The notes beneath the pieces were generated by a model that searched no databases, had not been told where the DNA came from, and saw only the letters and a program-made list of their open reading frames with translations. Both the position numbers and the translations under genes were made by a program. Positions 41,889 to 55,874 of a stretch of 64,000 nt of DNA are shown here, piece by piece. Source of the stretch: an uncultured Chloroflexia bacterium (lineage in GTDB: Bacteria > Chloroflexota > Dehalococcoidia > UBA2979); contig CAVSIV010000002.1 of the NCBI GenBank assembly GCA_963728205.1, positions 512,001-576,000 on the forward strand. The letters run 5' to 3'. Each line of letters opens with the position of its first letter. Positions within the stretch are counted from its first letter, which is position 1.

Positions 41889-42925
41889 CGTGGGTACACA
41901 TCGTTCGTCGGCACGGCGTCGTTGATGGCCTCTGTGACGAGCAACACCGTCGCCTTCGTGAAGTCGACGTGCTGGACGTCCGGAAGCGCCAGCGTCGTCG
42001 ATGCCTGCGGCGCGAGGTCGATGTCCGCCGTGCGCGCGCCCAGCGAGCGGTCGCTGCCGCCGCTCGCCTGCACCGTCAGCGTGACCGCACCCACCACGGG
42101 GATCGGGCTGTTGTTGCGGATCACGACCCGCAGCTCGCCGCTCGCCACGGCACTGGCTGCGCTCACGATCTCGAGGTCGTTCGGGAGATCCGGCGCGATC
42201 ACGGCGTCGACCGCGTTGTTCGCGGCGTCGCGCTCGGCGACCGGTGGATCCGTGCTCACGGCGACGTGCACCTGCGCGCGCCGCTGCACGTACTCGTCCG
42301 GGAAGACGAAGTCGACGGTGTCGTCCGCACGCAGGGGCTCGCCGGCCTTTACCGGCACCGGCTCGGCCGTGCGGCCGTCGACGCTCACGAGGATGCGCGC
42401 GGTCACGTCGACCGTCCCGCGGTTCGCGATGGTCACGCCCAGCCGGTTGTCGCGCGAGAACACCCGCTCGAGCGCGAGGTCGGGTCGGTCCGCGCCTCCG
42501 GGCACGACCGCGGTGGCCGCGCCCGCCGGACCGGTCGGCGACGCCGTCCCGCTCGCGCCGCTCGGCGCGACCACGGCGAGCGCGTCAATCGCACCGGCAC
42601 CGCCCACCACCGCGACCGGCACCCACCCCACGACCATGTCCTGCCCGGCCGGCGAGACGGCCAGCCACTGGCCATCGGCGGACCGCCCGATCAGCTGCAC
42701 GACGGTCCCCGCAGCGAGCCGCTGCACCGGCGCCAGGTCGTTCGCAGGCCCGGGACGCAGGTCCGTCGCCGCCAGCAGCGTCGGCACCGCCGGCGTCGCG
42801 ACCTCGGTCGCCGGCGCATCGGCGCGGTCGCGCAACGCGACGAAGGCGCCGGCGGCGCCGATGCTCGCCGCGAGCACAACGGCCGCCCCGCCAATCCGAA
42901 TCAGCCGGCGCGGCCGACCGCTCAT
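41885..42925 (-). CDS. Exported protein with bacterial SH3-like and CARDB-like domains
   Basis: N-terminal TM/signal; DLRPGP...IGRSADGQW...GWV; RPDL...NRG...ERDAANN. Confidence 0.7.
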   Translation of the reverse strand: MSGRPRRLIRIGGAAVVLAASIGAAGAFVALRDRADAPATEVATPAVPTLLAATDLRPGPANDLAPVQRLAAGTVVQLIGRSADGQWLAVSPAGQDMVVGWVPVAVVGGAGAIDALAVVAPSGASGTASPTGPAGAATAVVPGGADRPDLALERVFSRDNRLGVTIANRGTVDVTARILVSVDGRTAEPVPVKAGEPLRADDTVDFVFPDEYVQRRAQVHVAVSTDPPVAERDAANNAVDAVIAPDLPNDLEIVSAASAVASGELRVVIRNNSPIPVVGAVTLTVQASGGSDRSLGARTADIDLAPQASTTLALPDVQHVDFTKATVLLVTEAINDAVPTNDVYPR

Positions 42926-42973
42926 CCCGTCACCTCGCCAGCAGGGGCGTCGCTCACGTCGGCCGCAGCGGCC

Positions 42974-43705
42974 CTAGCGGCCGGGTGCGACGAGCAGCGT
43001 GCGCAGCGTGTTGTTGAACTCGTTCGATTCCTTCACGTCGTCGAGCCAGTCCAATTCCAGCACGTACTCGCCGGTCTGCACGATGGTCACCTGCGTGTTC
43101 ACGGTGGCACTCCGCCCCGGCGCCAGCAGCGTGCGCTGTACGTCCACCACGCCGACCACCTCGCCGGCGGCGCTCGTCACGCGCAGGCCCACCGCGCCGT
43201 CGAAGCGTCCGGCTCCGACGTTCGCCATCCGGATCGTCAGGGTACCGTTCGGCGCGACGAAGGCGTTGGTGATGGTGAGGTCGGGCAGCGCGGGCGCGGC
43301 GGTGGCGCCCGGGGTGGCCGAGGCGCCCGGCGCGACGGGCTCGGCGACGTCGACGACCGGCACGCCGCTCGCGTCGCCGGCCACCGGCTCCACGTTCGAG
43401 GCCGGCACCCAGCCCTGGAGCCGCGAGCCCGGCGGGTACACGACCTGCAGCCAGCTCCCCGACGGCGCGCGCCCGACGACGTCGGCCACGCGGTCGCCGG
43501 GGATGATCGCCACGACCTCGGCCTGGCGGTCGGGCGCCGCGCGCATGTTCGTCGTGAGGGCCGCGCGCACCGTGACGGTGCCACCGGCACCCGCAGTGCG
43601 CGACGGCGCGGTTCCGGCGACCGGCCCTGTGCCGGGCGCGCGACCGGTGATCGCGATCAGCGCGAGCGCGGCCGCGGCGATCAGCACGATCGCCATCCCG
43701 GCCAC
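42974..43705 (-). CDS. Exported protein with bacterial SH3-like and CARDB domain
   Basis: N-terminal hydrophobic segment; NMRAAP...GSWLQV...GWVP; LPDL...NVG...ESNEFNN; start uncertain (43696, 43705 or ATC 43735). Confidence 0.72.
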   Translation of the reverse strand: MAGMAIVLIAAAALALIAITGRAPGTGPVAGTAPSRTAGAGGTVTVRAALTTNMRAAPDRQAEVVAIIPGDRVADVVGRAPSGSWLQVVYPPGSRLQGWVPASNVEPVAGDASGVPVVDVAEPVAPGASATPGATAAPALPDLTITNAFVAPNGTLTIRMANVGAGRFDGAVGLRVTSAAGEVVGVVDVQRTLLAPGRSATVNTQVTIVQTGEYVLELDWLDDVKESNEFNNTLRTLLVAPGR

Positions 43706-43758
43706 CGCGGGCGCACGCAGATACCGTCTCGTGATCGCCCCCGCTCTCGCCCGCCCGC

Positions 43759-44814
43759 TCAGTCCGCGAAGCCGAGCGCCCGCGCGCGCCGCGTCGCGAA
43801 GCCGTCGGTCATGCCCGACACGTAGTCCGCCGCGCGCCGCCACGGCGGGTCCTCCGCTCGCGACCACCCTGTGATCTCCTCCGGGTGCCCGACGTAGTGC
43901 TCGTAGAGGAACGCGACAATCCGCTGGCCGCGCCGAGCCTCGCGCAGCGTCGACTCGTGCAGGTAGACGCGCTCGAACATGAACTCGCGCAGCTCGTCGG
44001 TGGCGGCGAGCACCGCCTCGCCGAGCACGATGCGCGGCTCCGGCCCATCGAACGTCGCGCGCGACGCGAGCACGCAGTCGGTCACCAGCCTCGCGATGCG
44101 TGTGGAGTGGTCGGCGCCCAGGACGTCGCGCACGCCCGCCGGGAGGTCCTGCTCGGCGAGGAGGCCGGCGCGGATCGCGTCCTGGATGTCGTGGTTGAGG
44201 TAGGCAATGGAGTCGGCCAGCTTCACGATCTGGCCCTCGAGCGTGCCAGCCGTCCCCCACGCCTCCGCCGCCACCGACTCGCGCACCTTCGAGTGCTTGA
44301 GGATGCCCTCGCGCGTCTCGGCGGTGAGGTTGAGGCCGGCGCCGTCGTGCTCGAGCGCGTCGACGATGCGCAGCGACTGCTCGTTGTGGCGAAACCCGTC
44401 GGGTAGGAGCGCCGCGAGCTGCTCCTCGCCGGCGTGGCCGAACGGCGTGTGTCCGAGGTCGTGGCCCCAGCCGACGGCCTCCGCGAGGTCCTCGTTGAGA
44501 TTGAGCGCGCGCGCAATCGTGCGGGCGACCTGCTGGACCTCGATGGTGTGCGTCATCCGCGTCACGACGTGATCGGAGTCCGGCGCGACGAAGACCTGCG
44601 TCTTGTGCTTGAGCCGGCGAAATGCGCGCGTGTGGATGATCCGGTCGCGGTCGACCTGGTAGGCGAGCCGCAGCGCCTCAGGGGGCTCGGCGAGCGCGCG
44701 CCCGGCGGAGGTCGCTTCCCGGGCGGCCAGCGCGTGCAGGGCGGCTTCGCGGGCGTCGAGCATCCGGCGAACGTCGGCGAGCGCGGCGGCATCGGGGGCA
44801 CGACCGGCGGCCAT
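43759..44814 (-). CDS. dgt: Deoxyguanosinetriphosphate triphosphohydrolase-like HD protein
   Basis: DRDRIIH, FRRLKHKTQVF, HDLGHTPFGHAGE, DYVSGMTD; start approximate. Confidence 0.92.
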   Translation of the reverse strand: MAAGRAPDAAALADVRRMLDAREAALHALAAREATSAGRALAEPPEALRLAYQVDRDRIIHTRAFRRLKHKTQVFVAPDSDHVVTRMTHTIEVQQVARTIARALNLNEDLAEAVGWGHDLGHTPFGHAGEEQLAALLPDGFRHNEQSLRIVDALEHDGAGLNLTAETREGILKHSKVRESVAAEAWGTAGTLEGQIVKLADSIAYLNHDIQDAIRAGLLAEQDLPAGVRDVLGADHSTRIARLVTDCVLASRATFDGPEPRIVLGEAVLAATDELREFMFERVYLHESTLREARRGQRIVAFLYEHYVGHPEEITGWSRAEDPPWRRAADYVSGMTDGFATRRARALGFAD

Positions 44815-44883
44815 GCCCACAGTGTCGGTCATCTCGGCCAATCCGTCTACTCGGATGATCACTTGGGTGCATGCACGGCACCG

Positions 44884-44889
44884 TATAAT
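44884..44889 (+). promoter_or_regulatory. Consensus -10 (TATAAT) upstream of ppdK
   Basis: Perfect TATAAT in the divergent intergenic region of a GC-rich sequence. Confidence 0.5.
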
Positions 44890-45033
44890 CTTGCACGGCA
44901 CGGGGGAGCGGTGCCCCGCGCGCGATCCCCACGCGCGATCCCTGCTCCCGACGCACTTCGCCGCGCTGTGTCCGGCCGCACCGAAGGGCGGCCGACCCAT
45001 GCGCGATCTCGCGCGCACCGAGAGGTTCCAGCC

Positions 45034-47775
<2,742 letters not shown>

Positions 47776-48045
47776 ACTCGCTTCGAGCGGCACGCGGTCA
47801 GCGTGCTGAGGTGCCGCCGACGGCGTTCCGCTCGCGGTGCGCGTTCCCCGTTCGTGGGTGAACGCGCACGCGTTCGCGGCGAACGCTCGCGCGCGCAGCC
47901 GCCCATCCGCAGCGAAGACTACCGAACCGCGCCGACGCGCTCACGGCGATCGAGTGACGCGCGGCGACTCAGCGCCCCCCGAACCGCCTGCCGGCCTGCC
48001 CGGCGACTCAGCGCCTTCACCAGCCGCCGCTCGAACCCACCCTGA

Positions 48046-49887
<1,842 letters not shown>

Positions 49888-49918
49888 CAGAGCAACCTCC
49901 GGCCACCGCCACTCGGGT

Positions 49919-50638
49919 TCAGTCCGCCTCCTCGCGCCGGTGCTTCGGCGATTGGCGCGCTACCACGATGGTACCTGCCGATGCCGACCCGTATGCGCCC
50001 TGGTACGCGGGCGGCAGCATCGCGGACACGCGCCGCATCATGCGATCGGTCGCCATCTCGGCCGAGCGCGCGTCGGAGCTCTCGGAATCGAGCGCGAACG
50101 GCTCTCCGAACTCCACGCGCAGCCGTGGGCGCCGCCGGACCATCCACTGGAAGAACACGCGCGGGATGCGGATGCGGTCGGTGCCGGTGATCGCGACCGG
50201 CACCACGGGCGCCTTCGCGAGCAGCCCGACCATCGCGGCGCCGGGCAGCGCCGGCCGCATGCCATTCCCGTGCGCTCGCGTGCCCTCGGGGAACATCAGC
50301 ACCACCTCGCCGTTGCGCAGGTAGTTGCGCGCGACGCGCAGCGCGCCCATGTCCCCCGAGAAGCGGCGCACCGGGAAGGCGCCATACGCCCAGAAGTACC
50401 AGCCGATGAGCGGCGTCTCGAAGAGCTCGCGCTTCGCCATCGGGTGCACCCGGCGGCGCGTCGACGCGGCGACCAGCGGCGGATCGAGCAGGTGGTTGTG
50501 GTTCGCGACCAGGATCACCGGGCCCTCGGGCGGCAGCCGCTCCGCGCCCACGACCTCCCAGCGCGCGAGCGAGGAGATCACGGCGCGCGCGAAGTTGTTC
50601 GTGGCGGCGTAGACGTACCGGGAGAGCGCTCGCTTCAA
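49919..50638 (-). CDS. plsC: Lysophospholipid (1-acyl-sn-glycerol-3-phosphate) acyltransferase
   Basis: NHxxxxD, AKRELF, FPEGTR. Confidence 0.9.
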   Translation of the reverse strand: MKRALSRYVYAATNNFARAVISSLARWEVVGAERLPPEGPVILVANHNHLLDPPLVAASTRRRVHPMAKRELFETPLIGWYFWAYGAFPVRRFSGDMGALRVARNYLRNGEVVLMFPEGTRAHGNGMRPALPGAAMVGLLAKAPVVPVAITGTDRIRIPRVFFQWMVRRRPRLRVEFGEPFALDSESSDARSAEMATDRMMRRVSAMLPPAYQGAYGSASAGTIVVARQSPKHRREEAD

Positions 50639-50670
50639 CCGCGTTCCTCCGCTGCCGCCACCCGGCGGCG

Positions 50671-51369
50671 TCAGGCGGTCGCGTTCGCGGCCTGGTAGGC
50701 CTCGACGCAGCGGTCGACGACCGCGTCGATGCCGAGCGCGTCGGTGTCGATGATGATCGCGTCGCGCGCCGCCTGCTCACGTCGCACCGCGCGGTGGCCG
50801 GTGTCGTCGAGCTCGTCGCGCCGACGCGTCGCCGACAGCACCAGCTCGAACGACGTCTGCCGGCCGCGGTCGAGCTCCTCCCCGAGGCGGCGCCGCGCGC
50901 GCACCTCCGTGGAGGCGTCGAGGAAGATCTTGGTGCGCGCCTCGACGAGCACGCGCGTGCCGATGTCGCGACCCGCCATCACCACCGGCTCGCGCGACGC
51001 GATCGCGCGCTGCCGCCGCACGAGCTCGTCGCGCACCTGCGGGATCCGCGAGACGAGCGACACCGTGCGCTCGATCTCCGGATCGCGCAGGCGGTCCGTC
51101 ACGTCCTCGCCCGCGACGAAGAGCCGCGGCTGCGTCGGGTCGACCCAGCGCATGTCGAGTTCGAGCGAGCGCACCAGCGCGATCACGGCGTCGTCGTTCT
51201 CGAGGTCGGTCTTCGCCTCGAGCGCGGCAAGCGCGCAGGCGCGATACATCAGGCCGGTGTCGAAGAAGCCGAGGTGCAGGCGGTCCGCGACGGCGCGACC
51301 AACCACGCTCTTTCCCGCGGCCGTCGGGCCATCGATGGCGACGCAGCGGGCGATCGGGTCGTCGGTAAT
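50671..51369 (-). CDS. cmk: Cytidylate kinase (probable ATT start)
   Basis: AIDGPTAAGKS, DTGLMYR, GRDIGT, KIFLDAS; upstream of plsC. Confidence 0.92.
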   Translation of the reverse strand: MTDDPIARCVAIDGPTAAGKSVVGRAVADRLHLGFFDTGLMYRACALAALEAKTDLENDDAVIALVRSLELDMRWVDPTQPRLFVAGEDVTDRLRDPEIERTVSLVSRIPQVRDELVRRQRAIASREPVVMAGRDIGTRVLVEARTKIFLDASTEVRARRRLGEELDRGRQTSFELVLSATRRRDELDDTGHRAVRREQAARDAIIIDTDALGIDAVVDRCVEAYQAANATA

Positions 51370-51469
51370 GAGGGCCTCCGGGGTCCGCGGGGGAATCGAC
51401 CGATGATAGCCAGCGCCCGATCTGAGCGTCCACCGCAAGCGGTCCGGCCCGCCGGTGCTCGCCGCGCCA

Positions 51470-51560
51470 CCCACAGCGACGGCAGCCATGCCGCCGACGG
51501 ATGTGCGGGCGCCGCCGCGGCACCGACGCCTGTCGGCGGCATGCCTGCCGCCGCTGCGGA
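51470..51560. repeat. Intergenic element with 30-bp inverted arms, copy 2
   Basis: cccacagcgacggcagccatgccgccgacg (51470-51499) and tgtcggcggcatgcctgccgccgctgcgga (51531-51560); matches the arms at 2145-2268. Confidence 0.75.
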
Positions 51561-51581
51561 CGCGCCCGCGCGCCCTGCCGG

Positions 51582-52325
51582 TTAGTCGAGGTCCACCGCC
51601 GCGCGCAGGCGGGCGAGCTCGTCGGGGTCGAGCGGCCGCGCGACCCCGCGCGGCAGCGACCCGAGGTGCACCGGCCCGAAGTCGGTGCGCACCAGCCGCG
51701 CGACGCGCGACCCGACCGCCTCGAACATGCGACGCACCTGGCGATTCCGCCCCTCGTGGATCGTGAGGCGCACGACGCTGCGTCGCTGCCCGGCGCACAC
51801 CACCTCGACGCTCGCCGGCGCCGTGCGTCCGTCCGCGAGCGCGACCCCGCGGCGGAGCGCGTCCAGCGCGTCGGTCGGGGGTGGGGGGCCGTCGAGCGTG
51901 GCCTCGTAGACCTTGTCGACGCCCCAGCGCGGGTGCGTGAGGCGGTGCGCCAGCTCGCCGTCGGTGGTCAGCAGCAGCAGGCCCTCGGTGTCGCGATCGA
52001 GCCGGCCCACGTAGCGCAGGTCGGGCGGCGCGCCGGGAAGCAGCGCGTAGACCGTCGCGCGGCCGCGCTCGTCCTGCGCGGTGACGACATAACCCGCAGG
52101 CTTGTGCAGCGCGATGGTGGACGTGCCGGAGGGCATCGCGAGCGGCGTGCCGTCGACCTCGATGCGCTGCCGCGCCGGGTCGGCGCGCGTGCCGAGCGTG
52201 GCGACCGCGCCGTCGACGGTGACGCGTCCCGCGGCGATCACGGCCTCCGCGGCACGGCGCGAGCCGTACCCCGCGCGGGCGAGCAGCTTCTGCAGGCGCT
52301 CGGGGCCGGTCGCGGGTTCGGTCAT
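51582..52325 (-). CDS. rluB: rRNA pseudouridine synthase (RluB/RsuA family)
   Basis: ERLQKLLA S4 domain, HKPAG, VGRLDRDTEGLLLLT, EGRNRQVRRM. Confidence 0.92.
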   Translation of the reverse strand: MTEPATGPERLQKLLARAGYGSRRAAEAVIAAGRVTVDGAVATLGTRADPARQRIEVDGTPLAMPSGTSTIALHKPAGYVVTAQDERGRATVYALLPGAPPDLRYVGRLDRDTEGLLLLTTDGELAHRLTHPRWGVDKVYEATLDGPPPPTDALDALRRGVALADGRTAPASVEVVCAGQRRSVVRLTIHEGRNRQVRRMFEAVGSRVARLVRTDFGPVHLGSLPRGVARPLDPDELARLRAAVDLD

Positions 52326-52365
52326 GCGGACGCGGGCATCGCCGGCAACGGACGCGCGCGGCGCG

Positions 52366-52698
52366 TCAGCGGCGCACGCGGTAGCGCTCGACGATCGTGG
52401 TCTCGCGGTAGGAGGCGAAGACGCGGACGGGCGGCGGCGCGTCGATGCGCGCGGCGGCGGCGCTCGGCGCAAGGCGGCCCACCGTCGATGTCACGGCGTT
52501 GCGCACCGCGCGCTCGGCGGCGAGCAGGGCGAGCCCGGCCGCGACCGACTCCGCGACGACGGGCAGCGCGCGCTGCGCGACCGTCACCAGCGCGGCGGCC
52601 GCGCGGTCGCGCGCGGTCACCGGCAGCATGCGCCGCGCCGGCTCGAGGGCGCGCGACGCGCCCATGGCGTCGGAGGGGAGGGGGGCGGCCTGCATCAT
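52366..52698 (-). CDS. Hypothetical protein
   Basis: Fills the gap upstream of rluB in the same orientation; no motif; start uncertain. Confidence 0.45.
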   Translation of the reverse strand: MMQAAPLPSDAMGASRALEPARRMLPVTARDRAAAALVTVAQRALPVVAESVAAGLALLAAERAVRNAVTSTVGRLAPSAAAARIDAPPPVRVFASYRETTIVERYRVRR

Positions 52699-52863
52699 CG
52701 TCGACTCCGCAACTCGGGCCGCGGCGGCGCCGGCGGCACGTGCCAAGCGTACCGGGCGCCGACAACGGCCACCAGCGACCCGCAGCCGCGCTATGCCGCT
52801 GACAACCCGTTGTCACGGAGCGCGCGTACGGTTACGCACGACATCCGGGCGGAGGAGGAACCC

Positions 52864-53406
52864 ATGAACTGGCACGACTTCGTGGCGAGCGCGCCGGCGC
52901 TCGCCGCGCTCGGGCGCGAGCGGCTGGACCGCAGCGGGCTCGTGATGCTCGGAACGCTCCGCCGCGACGGCGGCCCGCGCATCACGCCGATCGAGTTCTT
53001 CATCTTCGACGCCGACCTGACGCTGAGCGGGATGTGGCGGTCGATGAAGCTGCTCGACCTGCTCCGCGACCCTCGCTGCGCGCTGCACAGCACGACCGCG
53101 AACAAGGACGGCAGCGAGGGCGACTTCAAGCTCTACGGCCGCGCCATCCCGGAGGACGACGCGGGCTATCGCGAGCGGTGGGGTGCGGCGGTGCACGCCG
53201 CCACCGGCTGGCGGCCGGAGGGAGCGTTCCACCTCTTCCGGGTCGACATCGAGGCGGCTGCGCTCGCGCAGTTCGGCGACGCCGCGCCGGCGACGGCGGA
53301 ACGGCTCCGGACGGACGCGGCGACGCGCGTCCGCGAGTTCGGCGCGGATCCGAACACGTCGGGGTACGTGGTGGCGGATTGGCAGGCGAGGGGCGGGCGA
53401 GCGTGA
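52864..53406 (+). CDS. Pyridoxamine 5'-phosphate oxidase-like split-barrel flavin/F420-binding protein
   Basis: LGTLRRDGGPRITP, KLLDLLRDPRCALH; SD GGAGG. Confidence 0.85.
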   Translation: MNWHDFVASAPALAALGRERLDRSGLVMLGTLRRDGGPRITPIEFFIFDADLTLSGMWRSMKLLDLLRDPRCALHSTTANKDGSEGDFKLYGRAIPEDDAGYRERWGAAVHAATGWRPEGAFHLFRVDIEAAALAQFGDAAPATAERLRTDAATRVREFGADPNTSGYVVADWQARGGRA

Positions 53407-53516
53407 CCCGGGGAATCGGCGGTCCGCACGCCGGGACGGCCTGAGGGGCACCGAGTAGCGGGCGGGATCGGAGGTGGCGGGCGGACCCCGGGCTGTTCGC
53501 CACGGCGTGGGCGCGA

Positions 53517-54344
53517 CTACGCCCGCGCGGCGTCCGACATGCGCGCGGCGACGTCGGCCGTGAGGTCGAGCGGTGCGGCGGGCGCGCCGCCGGCGTCGTG
53601 CAGGCGGTGGCCGTCGGCGCGGAGGCGGCCATCCGCGAAGGCGGCGAGCGTCGCGACGAGAAACGGCGCCTCGCAGGACAGCTGCGCCTCGCGGATGCGC
53701 GCGAAGAGCGGCGTCGACTCGAGCGCCGCGTCGTCCATCTCGTCGAGCTGACCGTCCAGCTCGGACCACAGCGGGTCGAAGCCGGCGCCGACGACCGGGT
53801 AGCGGCAGAACGCCGCGACCGGCCCGGCGTCGACGCGCGGGATCGCGACGTGCACCATCACGCCGCTCTCCGGCGCGCGCGAGCGAATGAGCTCGCGGAT
53901 GACCTCGCGCCAGGTGCCGATCGGTCCGCCGGGCAGCGCCGGGTGCAGGTTGAGGATCGTCCGGCTGTCGACGAAGTCCGGCGTGAAGATCAGCATGTAG
54001 CCGGCGAGGACGCCAACGTCGAACGGGTGCGGCGCGATCCGCCGCGCGACCTCGGCATCGAACGCCTCGCGCCACGCGGGGAGCGGCGCGCCGGGCCGCG
54101 AGCGCTCGCCGCCGTGCTCCTTGCGAAAGCGCACCGACGACAGCGTGACCAGCGGCAGCCCGGCACCCTCGACCAGTCGGAGGAACGCGTCGGTCGTGGC
54201 GTCCTCGCCCCGCTCGCGGTTGCAGAAGACGACGCCGAACGCGGCGTCGAGCGTGCCGGCGTCGATCGCGCCGCGCACCGCCTCGAACATGCCCCGTGAC
54301 CCGGCGCCGCGCGCGGTGGTGAACCAGCCCACGCGCAGGGTCAC
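53517..54344 (-). CDS. purN: Phosphoribosylglycinamide formyltransferase-like protein
   Basis: LAGYM, NLHPALP, GVMVH, DAGP. Confidence 0.8.
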   Translation of the reverse strand: MTLRVGWFTTARGAGSRGMFEAVRGAIDAGTLDAAFGVVFCNRERGEDATTDAFLRLVEGAGLPLVTLSSVRFRKEHGGERSRPGAPLPAWREAFDAEVARRIAPHPFDVGVLAGYMLIFTPDFVDSRTILNLHPALPGGPIGTWREVIRELIRSRAPESGVMVHVAIPRVDAGPVAAFCRYPVVGAGFDPLWSELDGQLDEMDDAALESTPLFARIREAQLSCEAPFLVATLAAFADGRLRADGHRLHDAGGAPAAPLDLTADVAARMSDAARA

Positions 54345-54366
54345 GAGCCCGCCTCCGCGCGGAGCA

Positions 54367-54651
54367 TCACCGCGGGTCTTCCTCGACGCCGGGTGACCGC
54401 TGGCGCAGCGTCTCGATGCGCTGCTCGACGTTCGTCAGCAGCTGCTGGCAGCGCTCGGCGAGGCGCATGCCCTCCTCGTAGAGGTCCACGGAGCGCTCGA
54501 GCGGCAGGCCGCCGGCCTCGAGCGCGGCGGAGATCTCCTCGAGGCGCGCGAAGACGGCCTCGAAGCTCTCGGCGTCGCCCGCGGGCGGCGCGGGCGCGAG
54601 GTCGGCCTGCGGGTCGTCGTGCGGCTGGGGTGCGCGTGGTCGGGTCGGCAT
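54367..54651 (-). CDS. xseB: Exodeoxyribonuclease VII small subunit
   Basis: SFEAVFARLEEI...LERSVDLYEEG; follows xseA. Confidence 0.92.
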   Translation of the reverse strand: MPTRPRAPQPHDDPQADLAPAPPAGDAESFEAVFARLEEISAALEAGGLPLERSVDLYEEGMRLAERCQQLLTNVEQRIETLRQRSPGVEEDPR

Positions 54652-55853
54652 CAGGGCGACTCTACACGCGCCGAGCGGCTGCCGTCGCGCCAGCGGATCG
54701 CGATCCGGTCGCCGTCCGCGACGTCGGCCGCGGCCGTCACGACGCGCCCGTCGGCGGCGGAGACGATGGCGTATCCGCGCTCCAGCGTGTGCATCGGCGA
54801 GAGCGCCTGGACGCGGCTCGCGAGCCGCGACACCGCCTCGCGCGCGCGCGTCGTCGCCGCACTCGCCGCGCCGCGCATCAGCTCAGCGTGCATCGCGAGC
54901 TCGTGCCGCAGCCGGCCCACGTCCGGCAGCCGGCGCTCCATCGCCGTGGCCCGTCGCGCGACGTCGTTGCGGGCGGCGTCGACCCGGCGCGCGAGCCGCT
55001 GCTGATGGTGCCGCTGCATCGCCGCGATTCCCTGCAGCACCTCGACGCGGTCGGGCGCGGCGAGCTCGGCCGCGGCCGAGGGCGTCGGCGCGCGCATGTC
55101 GGCGACGAGGTCCGCCAGCGAGACGTCTGTCTCGTGCCCGACGGCCGAGACCACCGGCACGGGACAGCCGAAGATCGCGCGCACGACCGGCTCCTCGTTG
55201 AACGCCCACAGGTCCTCGGCCGACCCGCCGCCGCGCCCGACGATCACGAGGTCGGGCCATGCTTCGGGCCGGTTGCGCGGCGCGATGGCGCGGATCGCCT
55301 CCGCGATCAGCACCGGCGCCTCCTCGCCCTGCACCGGCGCCGGCGCGAAGACGATCGTCGCGAGCGGCCACCGCCGCTCGAGCACCGTCTGGATGTCGTG
55401 CAGCGCCGCCCCGCGCGCCGACGTCACGACGCCGATGCGGCGCGGGAAGCGCGGCAGTCGCCGCTTCCGCTCGACCGCGAACAGGCCCTCTTCCTCGAAC
55501 GCCGCGCGCCGCCGCTCGAACTCCGCCGCCAGCGCACCCACGCCGGCCGGCTGCACGAAGTCGACGATGAACTGCAGGTCGCCGCGCTGCTCGTAAACCG
55601 ACACCGCGCCGTGCACGATGAGGGACGCGCCCGACTCGATGCGGTCGCGCTGTCCCACGTTCTTGCCGCGGAAGAAGACGCAGCGCAGCGCGCCGCCCTG
55701 GTCCTTGAGCGTGAAGTAGATGTGCCCCGACGAGGCGAGCGTGAGGTTCGAGATCTCGCCGGCGACCCACAGGTCGCCGAGCTGGCGGTCCTGCTCCACC
55801 AGCACGCGCAGGTAGCGCAGGACCTGCCAGACGGGACGAACCTCGGGCGGCAT
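54651..55853 (-). CDS. xseA: Exodeoxyribonuclease VII large subunit
   Basis: GEISN...SGHIYFTLKD, RGGGS, AVGHETD, PTPSAAAE, LERGY. Confidence 0.95.
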   Translation of the reverse strand: MPPEVRPVWQVLRYLRVLVEQDRQLGDLWVAGEISNLTLASSGHIYFTLKDQGGALRCVFFRGKNVGQRDRIESGASLIVHGAVSVYEQRGDLQFIVDFVQPAGVGALAAEFERRRAAFEEEGLFAVERKRRLPRFPRRIGVVTSARGAALHDIQTVLERRWPLATIVFAPAPVQGEEAPVLIAEAIRAIAPRNRPEAWPDLVIVGRGGGSAEDLWAFNEEPVVRAIFGCPVPVVSAVGHETDVSLADLVADMRAPTPSAAAELAAPDRVEVLQGIAAMQRHHQQRLARRVDAARNDVARRATAMERRLPDVGRLRHELAMHAELMRGAASAATTRAREAVSRLASRVQALSPMHTLERGYAIVSAADGRVVTAAADVADGDRIAIRWRDGSRSARVESP

Positions 55854-55874
55854 CGCGCTCCGCCGAACCGGCCG

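Noticed and set aside
49888-49918. glmS ribozyme upstream of glmS
   Set aside because: Only about 30 nt of intergenic space, too short for the ribozyme
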